A stretch of DNA of 64,000 bases from Myxococcota bacterium (GTDB taxonomy: Bacteria > Myxococcota_A > UBA9160 > UBA4427), in assembly GCA_965250285.1 (NCBI GenBank), contig OZ252299.1, forward strand, positions 3,872,001 to 3,936,000, in the 5' to 3' direction. Below, in pieces: positions 27,965 to 37,917 of this stretch (position 1 is its first letter; every line of letters starts with the position of its first letter). The notes beneath the pieces were generated by a model, which was not told the origin of the DNA, searched no databases, and was given only the letters and a program-made list of their open reading frames with translations. The position numbers and the translations under genes are program-made.

Positions 27965-28612
27965 ATGTCTGCCGCCCCCTTCGATCTGACCGAAACCGAC
28001 CGGCTGCTCTCGACCACCCGCGCCGTGCGCAAGCGGCTCGACGTCGACCGGCCCGTCGAACGCGAGGTGATCCTCGACTGCATTCGCCTGTCACAGCAGG
28101 CCCCGACGGCGTCGAACACCCAGACATGGCGGTGGATGGTGGTGATGGACGCCGAGCTGCGCGGCGCGATCGCTGAAATCTATGGCCGAGGCAAGGCCTT
28201 CCTCGAGCAGGCACGCGCCGACATCCCCTCCGAAGACGCGCAGACCCATCGCGTGTACGACTCGGCCGAGTGGCTCGTCGATCATCTGCACGAGGTGCCG
28301 TGCTTCGTGATTCCGTGCGTCGAGGGCCGCCTGCCCCAGGGATCGCCGAACGGCATGGCCGCCGCGGTGTACGGGTCGATCTACCCGGCGATGTGGAGCT
28401 TCCAGCTCGCGCTTCGAAGCCGGGGCCTCGGCTCGGCGCTGACCACGATTCATCTCTTCTTCGAGCAGGAGGTCGCGGCGCTGCTCGGGATCCCCGAGGA
28501 CGTGATGCAGGTGGCGCTGCTGCCGGTGGCGTACACGCGCGGGCTCGACTTCAAGATCGCAGAGCGTCCCGGGCCCGATACGATCACGTCGTTCGATCGC
28601 TGGGGCCACTGA
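27965..28612 (+). CDS. Nitroreductase family protein
   Basis: TTRAVRKRL, QAPTASNTQ.W, LALRSRGLGS. Confidence 0.92.
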   Translation: MSAAPFDLTETDRLLSTTRAVRKRLDVDRPVEREVILDCIRLSQQAPTASNTQTWRWMVVMDAELRGAIAEIYGRGKAFLEQARADIPSEDAQTHRVYDSAEWLVDHLHEVPCFVIPCVEGRLPQGSPNGMAAAVYGSIYPAMWSFQLALRSRGLGSALTTIHLFFEQEVAALLGIPEDVMQVALLPVAYTRGLDFKIAERPGPDTITSFDRWGH

Positions 28613-28711
28613 GGGCGCACCGATGCAATTCGAGCGGGGCCAGGCCGCCCCGGTCGCCCATCGGCGCGGCGGATGCTGGCCGCTCCAGGTGCGAGCTTCT
28701 ACGCTGGCACC

Positions 28712-30373
28712 ATGACCCCTCGACTCCTCGCTTCCATCGGCTGTCTCGCCTTGCTGAGCGCGTGCTTCTCGCCGGCAGACGACCGTCCCAACGTCATCGT
28801 GATCGTGGCGGACGATCTCGGCTGGAACGACGTCGGCTATCACGGCGGCGACATCGACACACCATCACTCGATCGGCTCGCCGCCGAGGGCACGCAGCTC
28901 GATCGCTTCTACACCACGCCGATCTGCTCGCCCACCCGCGCCGCTTTGATGACGGGACGCGACCCGATTCGACTGGGTCTCGCGTACAGCGTGATCCTGC
29001 CCTGGGACAACAACGGCGTGCACCCCGACGAGCACTTCCTGCCCGAGAGCTTCCAGGCCGCGGGCTACCAGACGGCCATGGTCGGCAAGTGGCATCTCGG
29101 TCATGCACAGCAGACCTACCATCCGAACGAACGGGGCTTCGAGCACTTCTACGGTCATCTGCACACCGAGGTCGGCTTCTATCCGCCTTTCTCGAATCAG
29201 GGCGGGAAGGACTTCCAGCGCAACGGCGAATCGATCGACGACGAGGGCTACGAGACGTTCCTGCTCGCCGACGAGGTCTCGCGGTTCATTCGCGAGCGCG
29301 ACGACGACAAACCGTTCTTCCTCTACATGCCCTTCATCGCGCCGCATACGCCCCTCGATGCACCCGAAGAGCTTCAGGACAAGTACGCCGACATCGATAC
29401 CGATCTCGCGCCGGCGCGCTCGGACCACACCGATCGCACCCGGCAGATCGCGAAGATGCGCGGCGAACCGAGCGCGCGGCCGATGTATGCGGCCGTCGTC
29501 GACGCCATGGATCAGGCGGTCGGCCAGGTGCTCGACACGGTCGACGACGAAGGGCTCACCGACGATACGATCGTGCTCTTCTTCAGCGACAACGGCGGCG
29601 CAGCCTACGCGGTGGGTGGGGCCGACAACGCGCCGCTGCGGGGCGGCAAGGGCGAGACCTTCGAGGGGGGCATTCGCGTCGTCGCGCTGATGCGTTGGCC
29701 GGGTCAGATCCCGGCGGGCGGTCAGATGGACCAGATCATGTCGGTGATGGACGTCTTCCCGACCCTGGCCGACGCCGCCCGCGTCGCGCCGCGCAACGTG
29801 CGTCCAATGGATGGCCACTCGATGTGGCCCGCGATCCACGCAGGCGAGGCCCAGCCGCGCGACGGCTACCTCTTCTTCACGTCGGAGATCCCGATCTACG
29901 GGCACTTCAACGTCACCGCCTTCGACGACCAGTGGAAGCTGGTGCAGGAGATCGACCAGGATCAGCTCGAGACCCGCGTGAAGAGCTCGCTGTTCGCGAT
30001 CGACGAGGATCCCTACGAATACACCGACGTCGCGGCGCAGCACCCCGAGCGCGTCGCGGCGATGACCGAAGCCATTCGCGAGTGGCGCGCGCTCCATCCG
30101 GTGAGCGGCGTGCGATCAGTGATCGCGCCGCCCCCGGGCTGGCGCGCGCCGAAGGATTGGGCGAGCTACCCGCGACCGCTCGACGAGCTGCAAGACGAAA
30201 CGACGGTCGGCGTCGCACCGACCGAGGGCTCACTGCGTTCGCTCGACTGGATGCACGGCGAGCGTGGACGACTGATCTATGACTGCCCGATGCCGACCGG
30301 CACGCTGCGCGAGACGCTGGCGGACGAGCCGAAGTGTCCGATCACCGGCGGGTTCCCGGAGTACCACGACTAG
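28712..30373 (+). CDS. Cys-type arylsulfatase (ArsB-like), lipoprotein
   Basis: Lipobox LLSAC; PNVIVIVADDLG, CSPTRAALMTG, GKWHLG, SDNGG. Confidence 0.93.
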   Translation: MTPRLLASIGCLALLSACFSPADDRPNVIVIVADDLGWNDVGYHGGDIDTPSLDRLAAEGTQLDRFYTTPICSPTRAALMTGRDPIRLGLAYSVILPWDNNGVHPDEHFLPESFQAAGYQTAMVGKWHLGHAQQTYHPNERGFEHFYGHLHTEVGFYPPFSNQGGKDFQRNGESIDDEGYETFLLADEVSRFIRERDDDKPFFLYMPFIAPHTPLDAPEELQDKYADIDTDLAPARSDHTDRTRQIAKMRGEPSARPMYAAVVDAMDQAVGQVLDTVDDEGLTDDTIVLFFSDNGGAAYAVGGADNAPLRGGKGETFEGGIRVVALMRWPGQIPAGGQMDQIMSVMDVFPTLADAARVAPRNVRPMDGHSMWPAIHAGEAQPRDGYLFFTSEIPIYGHFNVTAFDDQWKLVQEIDQDQLETRVKSSLFAIDEDPYEYTDVAAQHPERVAAMTEAIREWRALHPVSGVRSVIAPPPGWRAPKDWASYPRPLDELQDETTVGVAPTEGSLRSLDWMHGERGRLIYDCPMPTGTLRETLADEPKCPITGGFPEYHD

Positions 30374-30391
30374 CTTCGACCCAGCGGCGTC

Positions 30392-31156
30392 TCAGCGCTT
30401 GCGCTTCTCGAGGTAGGCGCGACGCGCCTCTGCACACTCTTCATCCTGGAAGGCCGTGACGAGGCCATCGGCGTCGCCCCAGCTGCGCATCGTCCCGACC
30501 ATCTGATCGGTCACGGCGTTCACGTGGCGCTTCGTCGAGACGAGGGCGTGCGTCGCCTTCTCGGTCAGCGAGACCGCCAGGTCTACGACGTGCGCATCGA
30601 GTTCGCCCTCGGGCACCACGCGATTGAGGAACCCGAGCGACTTCGCCTCGGGCGCGTCGAAGGGGCGGCAGGTGAGGACCAGCTCTTTGGTGAGCGCCGG
30701 ACCGATCTCGCGCACCAGCCGCGGGATCCCGCCCCAGGCGAGCGGAATGCCGAGATCGACCTCCGGGATCGAGAAGCGGGCGTCCTCGGCGGCGACGCGC
30801 AGATCGCATGCCGACGCGAGCACCAACCCGCCACCGACGCACCAGCCACGGATCTTCGCGATGGTGAGCGCGCGCATGGCTTCGAGCGCGTCGGCCATCT
30901 CACGGCCGCACTCGGCACCGTCTCGCGTCGACATCTTGGTCGGTCCCGAGAAGCTGTTCAGATCGGAGCCCGCCGAGAAGGCTCGCCCGGCCCCCGAGAC
31001 GATCACGACCTTCACTTCGCGGCGTTCATCGAACCACCGCGCCGCGTGGGCGAGCTCGACCAGGGTCTCGGTGGAGAGCGGGTTCAGCTTGTCGCCGCGA
31101 TCGAGGGTGAGTCGCCCGAGGGCCCCCTCGGCTTCGACACGCAGGGTCTCGAACAT
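30392..31156 (-). CDS. Enoyl-CoA hydratase/isomerase
   Basis: FSAGSDL, GWCVGGG...CDLR, FSIPEVDLG. Confidence 0.92.
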   Translation of the reverse strand: MFETLRVEAEGALGRLTLDRGDKLNPLSTETLVELAHAARWFDERREVKVVIVSGAGRAFSAGSDLNSFSGPTKMSTRDGAECGREMADALEAMRALTIAKIRGWCVGGGLVLASACDLRVAAEDARFSIPEVDLGIPLAWGGIPRLVREIGPALTKELVLTCRPFDAPEAKSLGFLNRVVPEGELDAHVVDLAVSLTEKATHALVSTKRHVNAVTDQMVGTMRSWGDADGLVTAFQDEECAEARRAYLEKRKR

Positions 31157-31196
31157 GGTGGTGCCTCCCGGGTCGCCCGACCCGTCGTCTCCGAAG

Positions 31197-32294
31197 CTAG
31201 ATCTCGAGCACGGTTCGCACGCCCCGGCTCGCGCGCACGTCATCGAAGCCTTCGTTGATCTCGGCGAGCGGCCGGCGCGTCGTGATCATCGTCTCGAGGT
31301 CGAGCCGACCGTTGCGCCACAGGCCGATCAGGCGCGGGACGTCGCGCACCGAGTTGCAGCCGCCGAGCAGCGTCCCCATCAGCTTCTTGCCGCTCACCGT
31401 GAAGAGCGACGCCGGCGCGATCGTAATCGCCTGATCGATCGGCGGAGCGCCGACGCACACGACGCTGCCGCCGTTTCGCGTGGCGTGGAAGCACTGCGTC
31501 ACCAGGTCGGCAACGCCTGCGGTCTCGAACGCGTAGTCGACGCCGATGCCATCGGTCAGATCACGCGCGGCCATGATGATCTCGTCACTCGCAGGATCGA
31601 GCACGTGCGTCGCACCGAGCGTCTTCGCCATCTCACGACGCTGGGCGACGGGGTCGGAGACGATGATCTTCGATGCGTTCGCCAGCGACGCGCCCTGGAC
31701 CGCCGACAGGCCGATCCCGCCGAGACCGAGCACGAGCACCGTCGCGCCTTCTTCGACCTCGGCCGTATTGAGCACGGCCCCGACGCCCGTCTGCACCGCG
31801 CACCCGATCACACACGCCACGTCGACGGGCACGTCCTCGGGGATCTTGATCGCGCCCGAGGCCTGCGTCACGACGTACTCGGCGAAGCCCGCCACGTTGA
31901 GGCCGCGGTAGACGACTTCGCCGTTGCGCGAGAGACCCGTCGTTCCGTCCGGGAACGAGTTGGTCATGATGCCGGTCGAGTTGATGCAGACGCTGAACTC
32001 GCCGCGCTGGCAGAAGTAGCACTGGCCACACGGGGGCGCGGGCGTCAGCACGACCTTGTCGCCCACGGCGTGCGTGGTGACGCCCTCCCCCACCGCTTCG
32101 ACGACGCCGGCCGCCTCGTGGCCGAGGATGAGCGGCGAGATCGCCCCCATGCCGTCGGCGATGCTGATGTCGGAGTGGCAGATTCCGCAGTTGTGCACCC
32201 GCACGAGCACCTCGCCGATTCGAGGCGGGCGAATGTCGACGTCGTCGACGATCTCGATGGGCTTGCCGACCTCGGTCATCAGGGCTGCACGCAT
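31197..32294 (-). CDS. Zn-dependent alcohol dehydrogenase (class III/AdhD-like)
   Basis: CHSD, GHE, CGQCYFC...C structural Zn, GLGGIG. Confidence 0.93.
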   Translation of the reverse strand: MRAALMTEVGKPIEIVDDVDIRPPRIGEVLVRVHNCGICHSDISIADGMGAISPLILGHEAAGVVEAVGEGVTTHAVGDKVVLTPAPPCGQCYFCQRGEFSVCINSTGIMTNSFPDGTTGLSRNGEVVYRGLNVAGFAEYVVTQASGAIKIPEDVPVDVACVIGCAVQTGVGAVLNTAEVEEGATVLVLGLGGIGLSAVQGASLANASKIIVSDPVAQRREMAKTLGATHVLDPASDEIIMAARDLTDGIGVDYAFETAGVADLVTQCFHATRNGGSVVCVGAPPIDQAITIAPASLFTVSGKKLMGTLLGGCNSVRDVPRLIGLWRNGRLDLETMITTRRPLAEINEGFDDVRASRGVRTVLEI

Positions 32295-32376
32295 GGCTTC
32301 TCCATCTCTCCAGAGGAACGCAGAGTATGGCACGCACGCGCACCGGACGGGCGCCGGGTCGCGAGCGGCCCTTCGG

Positions 32377-32985
32377 TCACGACCGAGCCGCGACGAGCGC
32401 GTCGTGGACCAGCTCGAGCCGATCGTTGCCGAAGTACATGTCGTCTCGGTTCACGAACATCGTCGGCGAGCCGAAGCCTCCGCGCTCGATCAGCTCTTCG
32501 GTCGTCGCCCGCAGCCGAGCCTTGATCTCGGGCGTCGCGATCGATTCGAAGAAGGCGGCCGGCTCGAGACCGACGCTGGCCGCGATCGGTTCGAGCACGT
32601 CGGGCAGCGAGATGTCGTGCCCCTCTCCCCAGTAGGCCTCGAAGACGGCGCGGGCGAAGGCGGGCAGCACGCCGGCATCGAGCGCGACGAAGCAACCGCG
32701 CATCGCCTTCACGCTGTTCACGGGGAAGACGGCGGGCGAGCCGATCCGGATGCCCCCCTTGCGCGCCCAGTCGGCGAGATCCTTCGCGTAGTAGCGCAGC
32801 TTCGCCGGAACGGGCTGGGCGCGCTGCGCGTACACGCTGTCGTTGACGGCGTTGAACACGCCCCCGACCAGGATCGGCTTCCACACCAGCTCGGCACCGG
32901 TCTCGGCCGCGAGCGCCTCGATGCCGTTGAACGCGAGGTAGGTCCACGGACTCGAACAATCGAAGAAGAACTCGAGCGTGCGCAT
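32377..32985 (-). CDS. 2-hydroxychromene-2-carboxylate isomerase / kappa-class GST (DsbA fold)
   Basis: FFFDCSSPWTYL, GGFGSPT, YFGNDRL. Confidence 0.9.
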   Translation of the reverse strand: MRTLEFFFDCSSPWTYLAFNGIEALAAETGAELVWKPILVGGVFNAVNDSVYAQRAQPVPAKLRYYAKDLADWARKGGIRIGSPAVFPVNSVKAMRGCFVALDAGVLPAFARAVFEAYWGEGHDISLPDVLEPIAASVGLEPAAFFESIATPEIKARLRATTEELIERGGFGSPTMFVNRDDMYFGNDRLELVHDALVAARS

Positions 32986-33188
32986 GTCACCCGCCTCGGC
33001 TGGGCCACCCTCGTGGGCGGACGAACACGACGATCGGGGGACGATCGCCTCACGTCGATTTTCGCAGACGCCCGCGGCGGCGTCCCCTTCCTGGGTGAGA
33101 AATCGACCGACCCAGCGCCCCAGGCGGTCGAGCAACCGGATCCCGTGGCGCGTACCATCGATCGAGGCCGAAGGAGGGAGAACAGGTG

Positions 33189-35189
33189 ATGACGAGTCCT
33201 GGCTCGAGGCACCGATGCGCGGCGCTTCGCATCATGGCGGCGGTGAGCGCCGTCGTGCTCCTGAGCGTCGCCTGCGACGGGTCTCGCCCCATCGAATACG
33301 AGGGGCCCGTCGCGGCGTGGTCGGCCTATGGCGGCGACATCGGCGGCACGCGCTTCTCTCCACTCACCCAGATCACCCCCGACAACGTCGACGATCTCGA
33401 GATCGCATGGACGTATCACACCGGCGACGTCGACTTCGGCGAGGAGACGCTCGCCGGAACGAGCTTTCAGAACACCCCGATCGTCGTCGGCGACACGATG
33501 TACGTCTGCTCACCCCGCAACCGCGTGATCGCGCTCGATGCACGCACGGGTGAGGAGCGCTGGGTGCACGATCCGGGGGTCGATGTCGAAGGCATGTACA
33601 TCGTGACCTGCCGCGGCGTGTCGTACTACGCCGACGCGAACGCCGAAGCCGGCTCGGCCTGCGCGGAGCGCATCGTCATGGGCACGATCGACGCGCGCCT
33701 CATCTCACTCGATGCCCGAACCGGCACGCCATGCGAAGGCTTCGGCGAAGCGGGCGTCGTCGATCTCAGCGAGGGCATCGGGCATCGACTGCCGGGCGAG
33801 TACGGGGTGACGTCGCCGCCGCTGATCCTCGGCGACCTGATCGTCACGGGCACCCTGGTGCTCGACAACATCCGCGTCGACTCGCCCGGCGGCGTCGTGC
33901 GCGGCTACGACGCACGCACGGGTGAGCTGCGCTGGAGCTGGGATCCCCTGCCGCCAGGTCAGGAGTACATCGAATCGATCGACGTGAGCGGCGAGACCGT
34001 GCGCTTTCGCCGCGGCACGGCGAACGCTTGGTCGATCCTGGCCGGCGATCCCGAGCGGGGCCTGGTGTATGTGCCGACCGGCAACACGTCGCCCGACTTC
34101 TACGGCGGCATGCGGGAGGGCCTCGACTACTACTCGAGCAGCATCGTCGCGCTCTCGGCCGAGACGGGCGAGGTCGTCTGGCACTTCCAGACCGTGCATC
34201 ACGACGTGTGGGACTACGACGTGCCCTCGCAGCCCGGGCTCTTCACTTTTCCCGGTGCCGACGGCCCGATCCCCGCGGTCGTGCAGGCGACCAAGATGGG
34301 ACATCTCTACTTTCTGAATCGCGAGACCGGCGAGCCGATCTTCCCGGTCGAAGAGCGCCCGGTACCCCAGGGCGGCGTCGACGGCGAATCGCTCTCGCCG
34401 ACGCAGCCCTTCCCCACCCGCCCCGCGCCGATCCACCCGGGCGAATTCACCGCCGACGACGCCTTCGGGTTCACGCCCATCGACCGCGCGCAGTGCCGGC
34501 GCAAGATCGAGGCGCTGCGCGCCGAAGGCATCTATACACCGCCCGACGTGAAGGGCTGGGTTCAGTTCCCGAGCTACTTCGGCGGCACGAACTGGGGCAG
34601 CGTCGCCATCGATCGCGACCGCGGGCTGCTCATCGTGAACACGAGCCGCATGGCCAGCGTGCTGCGCCTGATCCCACGCGACGAGTACGACGCGGCCCAT
34701 CGCGCCGCGGCCGAGGCAGGCGAGCCCCCGCCGAGCTGGGAGCCCCAGATGGGTACGCCCTTCGCGATGACGCGCACCTTCCTGCTCTCCGACTGGGGCA
34801 TCCCGTGCAGCGCGCCACCGTGGGGCACGCTCGTCGGCATCGACATCGAGACCGGCGAGCACCGCTGGGAGGTACCGCTCGGCACGACCCGCGACTTGTC
34901 GCCCATTCCGATCGGTCTGCCGCTCGGCGCGCCGAACCAGGGGGGCCCGATCGTGACCGCATCGGGGCTGACGTTCATCGGCGCCGCCATGGACGACTAT
35001 CTGCGCGCATTCGACAGCGAAACGGGTGAAGAGCTCTGGAAGGCGAGGCTGCCGGCCGGCGGACAGGCGACGCCGCTCACGTACCGCGTCGACGAAGACG
35101 GCAAGCAGTACGTCGTCATCGCGGCCGGCGGACACGCGATCATGGGCACGAAGCTCGGCGACTCGGTCGTCGCCTACGCGCTGCCCTGA
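33189..35189 (+). CDS. PQQ-dependent dehydrogenase (glucose/quinate/shikimate family) with lipoprotein-like signal instead of a 5-TM anchor
   Basis: QITPDNV..L..AW.YHTG, TCRGV, HHDVWDYD, repeated DARTGE..W propeller blades, GGQATP; LSVAC lipobox. Confidence 0.92.
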   Translation: MTSPGSRHRCAALRIMAAVSAVVLLSVACDGSRPIEYEGPVAAWSAYGGDIGGTRFSPLTQITPDNVDDLEIAWTYHTGDVDFGEETLAGTSFQNTPIVVGDTMYVCSPRNRVIALDARTGEERWVHDPGVDVEGMYIVTCRGVSYYADANAEAGSACAERIVMGTIDARLISLDARTGTPCEGFGEAGVVDLSEGIGHRLPGEYGVTSPPLILGDLIVTGTLVLDNIRVDSPGGVVRGYDARTGELRWSWDPLPPGQEYIESIDVSGETVRFRRGTANAWSILAGDPERGLVYVPTGNTSPDFYGGMREGLDYYSSSIVALSAETGEVVWHFQTVHHDVWDYDVPSQPGLFTFPGADGPIPAVVQATKMGHLYFLNRETGEPIFPVEERPVPQGGVDGESLSPTQPFPTRPAPIHPGEFTADDAFGFTPIDRAQCRRKIEALRAEGIYTPPDVKGWVQFPSYFGGTNWGSVAIDRDRGLLIVNTSRMASVLRLIPRDEYDAAHRAAAEAGEPPPSWEPQMGTPFAMTRTFLLSDWGIPCSAPPWGTLVGIDIETGEHRWEVPLGTTRDLSPIPIGLPLGAPNQGGPIVTASGLTFIGAAMDDYLRAFDSETGEELWKARLPAGGQATPLTYRVDEDGKQYVVIAAGGHAIMGTKLGDSVVAYALP

Positions 35190-35286
35190 GCCGGGGCGCG
35201 GCTACGCTTCCAATCCTGCACCGATCGCAGCCCGAAGCGGTCGACGCACATCGACCTCGCTCCACCTCGCCCACCGGAGGATCGTC

Positions 35287-36798
35287 GTGACCGAGCCGCG
35301 CATCGACCGACGCCGATTCATCCGCGGCACGCTGGCGGCGGGTGTCGCGCTGGGGGCGCCCCTTCCGCTGCGCGCGTGGGGCGACGAGGCGTTCTCGTAC
35401 GGCGACCTCGACGCCACGGCGATGGCGCGCGCCGTGCGCGCCGGCGACATCACGCCGACCGCGCTCGTCGAATCGGCGCGCGACGCCATCGAGCAGCTCA
35501 ACCCCCGGCTCAACGCCATCGTCACCACCTTCTACGAGCACGCCTTCGAGCTGGCGGCCGAGAGCGACCGCCAGGGCCCGTTCGCCGGCGTACCCTACGT
35601 GATCAAGGATCTCTCCGAGTACGCCGGCTTCCGGACGACCTTTGGTTCGCGGATCGGCCAGAACCACATCTCGAAGAAGACCCATCCCGTCATCGAGGCA
35701 GCTCTGCAGACGGGCCTCATCCCCGTCGGCAAGAGCAACACACCCGAGTACGGCCAGCTGCCCACCACCGAGCCGCTGGCATACGGCGCCACGCGCAACC
35801 CCTGGAACCTCGAGTACAGCGCGGGGGGATCGTCGGGGGTCTCGGGCGCGGCGGTCGCATCGGGCATGGTGCCGATCGCGAGCGCGTCGGATGGCGGCGG
35901 CTCGATCCGCATCCCCGCTTGTCACTGCGGCGTGTTCGGATTGAAGGTCACGCGTGGGCGAAACGTGGCGGCCGACCCGAGCCCCATGGCCTTCTCGGTC
36001 CGCGGCGCGATCAGCCGGAGCGTGCGCGACAGCGCGGCACACGCCGTCGCGGTGCAGCAGACCGGCGGCAACGCCCCCTGGCAGCCCATCGACCTGGTGA
36101 CGGGCCCTGCGAAGCGCCGATTGAAGATCGGTCTGCTCTTCGACGGCATTGGCCACCAGCAGCCGAGCGACGAGGTCCGCGCGGCGATCCTCGAGACCGC
36201 CGAGCTGTGTCGGTCGCTGGGGCATACGGTGTCGGAGGCGACGTTCCCCGACAGCGTTCACGCCATGGGCATCCGCATGATGGACGCCACATCGAAGCGC
36301 ATCGCCGGCATCGGGCAGTTCGCCGCGCAGCAGCTGGGGCGGCCCGCAGATGAGCGCGAGTTCGAGCCCTGGACACTCCAGATGATCGAGTACTCGAACA
36401 ACGTCGCCCCCGAGCTCTTCGAGCAGAGCGTCGCTCACCTGACGCAGCAGGGGCGCGACACCCAGGCGATGTTCGAACGCTTCGACGTGGTGCTGATGCC
36501 GATCCTCACCACGCGGCCGGCGAAGATCGGCGCCTTCGCCTCGACCCCGGACGTGTCCTTCGAAGAGATGCTGCGACGCAATCAGGCGTACGTGGCCTAC
36601 ACGACGGCCTTCAACGTGTCGGGCAACCCGGCCATGTCGGTGCCCCTCTACTGGACGCAGGATGACCTGCCCATCGGCAGCCACTTTGCCGCGGGCATGG
36701 GCCAGGAGGCCACTCTGCTCGGGCTCGCGTACGAGCTCGAAGAAGCGCGTCCGTGGAAGGATCGACATCCGCCGATCTCGATCTGGAGCGACACCTGA
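35287..36798 (+). CDS. Amidase-signature enzyme with Tat signal
   Basis: GGAGG RBS, GTG start, DRRRFIR Tat motif; VIKD, GGSSG, SDGGGSIRIP. Confidence 0.92.
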   Translation: MTEPRIDRRRFIRGTLAAGVALGAPLPLRAWGDEAFSYGDLDATAMARAVRAGDITPTALVESARDAIEQLNPRLNAIVTTFYEHAFELAAESDRQGPFAGVPYVIKDLSEYAGFRTTFGSRIGQNHISKKTHPVIEAALQTGLIPVGKSNTPEYGQLPTTEPLAYGATRNPWNLEYSAGGSSGVSGAAVASGMVPIASASDGGGSIRIPACHCGVFGLKVTRGRNVAADPSPMAFSVRGAISRSVRDSAAHAVAVQQTGGNAPWQPIDLVTGPAKRRLKIGLLFDGIGHQQPSDEVRAAILETAELCRSLGHTVSEATFPDSVHAMGIRMMDATSKRIAGIGQFAAQQLGRPADEREFEPWTLQMIEYSNNVAPELFEQSVAHLTQQGRDTQAMFERFDVVLMPILTTRPAKIGAFASTPDVSFEEMLRRNQAYVAYTTAFNVSGNPAMSVPLYWTQDDLPIGSHFAAGMGQEATLLGLAYELEEARPWKDRHPPISIWSDT

Positions 36799-37883
36799 GC
36801 AACGCACCCTCGAGCGCAGCGCTGCCCCAGCAGCCCGAAGAGATCACACCCCAGTGGCTCACGGCGGCCCTCGCCGAAACCATGCCGGAAGCCCGCGTCG
36901 ACGCCGTCGAAGTGGCGGCGATCCAGCAGGGGACGAACGCGAACGCGCGGCTGCGCGTCACGTGGTCTTCGCCCGCCGGCGCACCCGACACCCTCTTTCT
37001 CAAGCTGCCGCCGCTCGACGCGAAGCGACGCGCCTCGGTGAATGCGACCGGCATGGGGCGACGCGAGGCCCTCTTCTACCAGACGCTCGCCGACCGCGTG
37101 CCCATGCGCGTCCCGCGCCGCTACGTCGCCCGCTTCGACGAGGCGACGAGCGATTTCGTCCTCGTGCTCGAAGACCTCGAAGCGTCGGCCTGTCGCCTCC
37201 CCGATCCGGTCGAGGGGCTCAGTCCTGCCCAGGCCCACCTCGCGATGGACGACTTCGCTCAGCTGCACGTGCGCTACGAAGACGAAGCGACGCGGGCGCG
37301 CGAAGCCGGCTGGGTCGAGCCGATGCCGCCCGGCAACGCCTACGGCTCGTCGATGCTCGGCTACGCCCTCGAGCATCATCGCGATCTGTTGACCGATGCG
37401 TTCGCCGAGCTCGCGGTGCTCTACGTCGAGCAGCAGGCGGCGTACGAAGCCGCGTGGGCGCGGGGGCCGCAGACCGTGATCCAGGGCGACGGGCACATCG
37501 GCAATCTCTTCCTCGACGGCGATCGCCCCGGGTTCTTCGACTGGGGGCTCATCCAGCTCGGGACCCCGATGCGCGAGGTCGGCTACTTCATCGCGCTCGC
37601 GCTCTCGCCCGAGCATCGCCGGCGACACGAGCGCGAGCTGATCGCCCACTACCTCGAGGCGCGGACCGCCGCGGGGGGCTCGGCGATCTCGTTCGACGAC
37701 GCGTGGCTCGATCATCGACTCGTCGCGAGCTACGCGGTGCCGGCCTCTTGTTCGATCGTGCTCTTTCCGGGCGGACGAAGGCCCCCGCGCGACGGTCTTT
37801 CGGGCGCGTTCCTCGACCGGGCCGAGTCTGTCATCGAAGATCTGGGAGCGCGCGAAGCACTCCGCGAGGCCACCGGGCTCTGA
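36795..37883 (+). CDS. Aminoglycoside-phosphotransferase/ecdysteroid-kinase-like phosphotransferase
   Basis: EITPQWLT, FLKLP, REALFY, LEDL, QGDGHIGN (Brenner-like), FDWG. Start uncertain (CTG 36795 or GTG 36753). Confidence 0.85.
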   Translation: MSNAPSSAALPQQPEEITPQWLTAALAETMPEARVDAVEVAAIQQGTNANARLRVTWSSPAGAPDTLFLKLPPLDAKRRASVNATGMGRREALFYQTLADRVPMRVPRRYVARFDEATSDFVLVLEDLEASACRLPDPVEGLSPAQAHLAMDDFAQLHVRYEDEATRAREAGWVEPMPPGNAYGSSMLGYALEHHRDLLTDAFAELAVLYVEQQAAYEAAWARGPQTVIQGDGHIGNLFLDGDRPGFFDWGLIQLGTPMREVGYFIALALSPEHRRRHERELIAHYLEARTAAGGSAISFDDAWLDHRLVASYAVPASCSIVLFPGGRRPPRDGLSGAFLDRAESVIEDLGAREALREATGL

Positions 37884-37917
37884 GCCGAGCCCGGCGACCT
37901 CGCGATCGGCTCAATGC

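Noticed and set aside
32986..33135. Upstream in-frame extension MLDRLGRWVGRFLTQE of the HCCA isomerase
   Set aside because: The family normally begins at the 'LEFFFD' strand. The extension lies in a divergent promoter region and has no recognisable motif.
33536..33940. Near-identical DNA repeats GCACGCACGGGTGAG
   Set aside because: They encode the DARTGE..W beta-propeller blades of the PQQ enzyme, so they are protein-level repeats.
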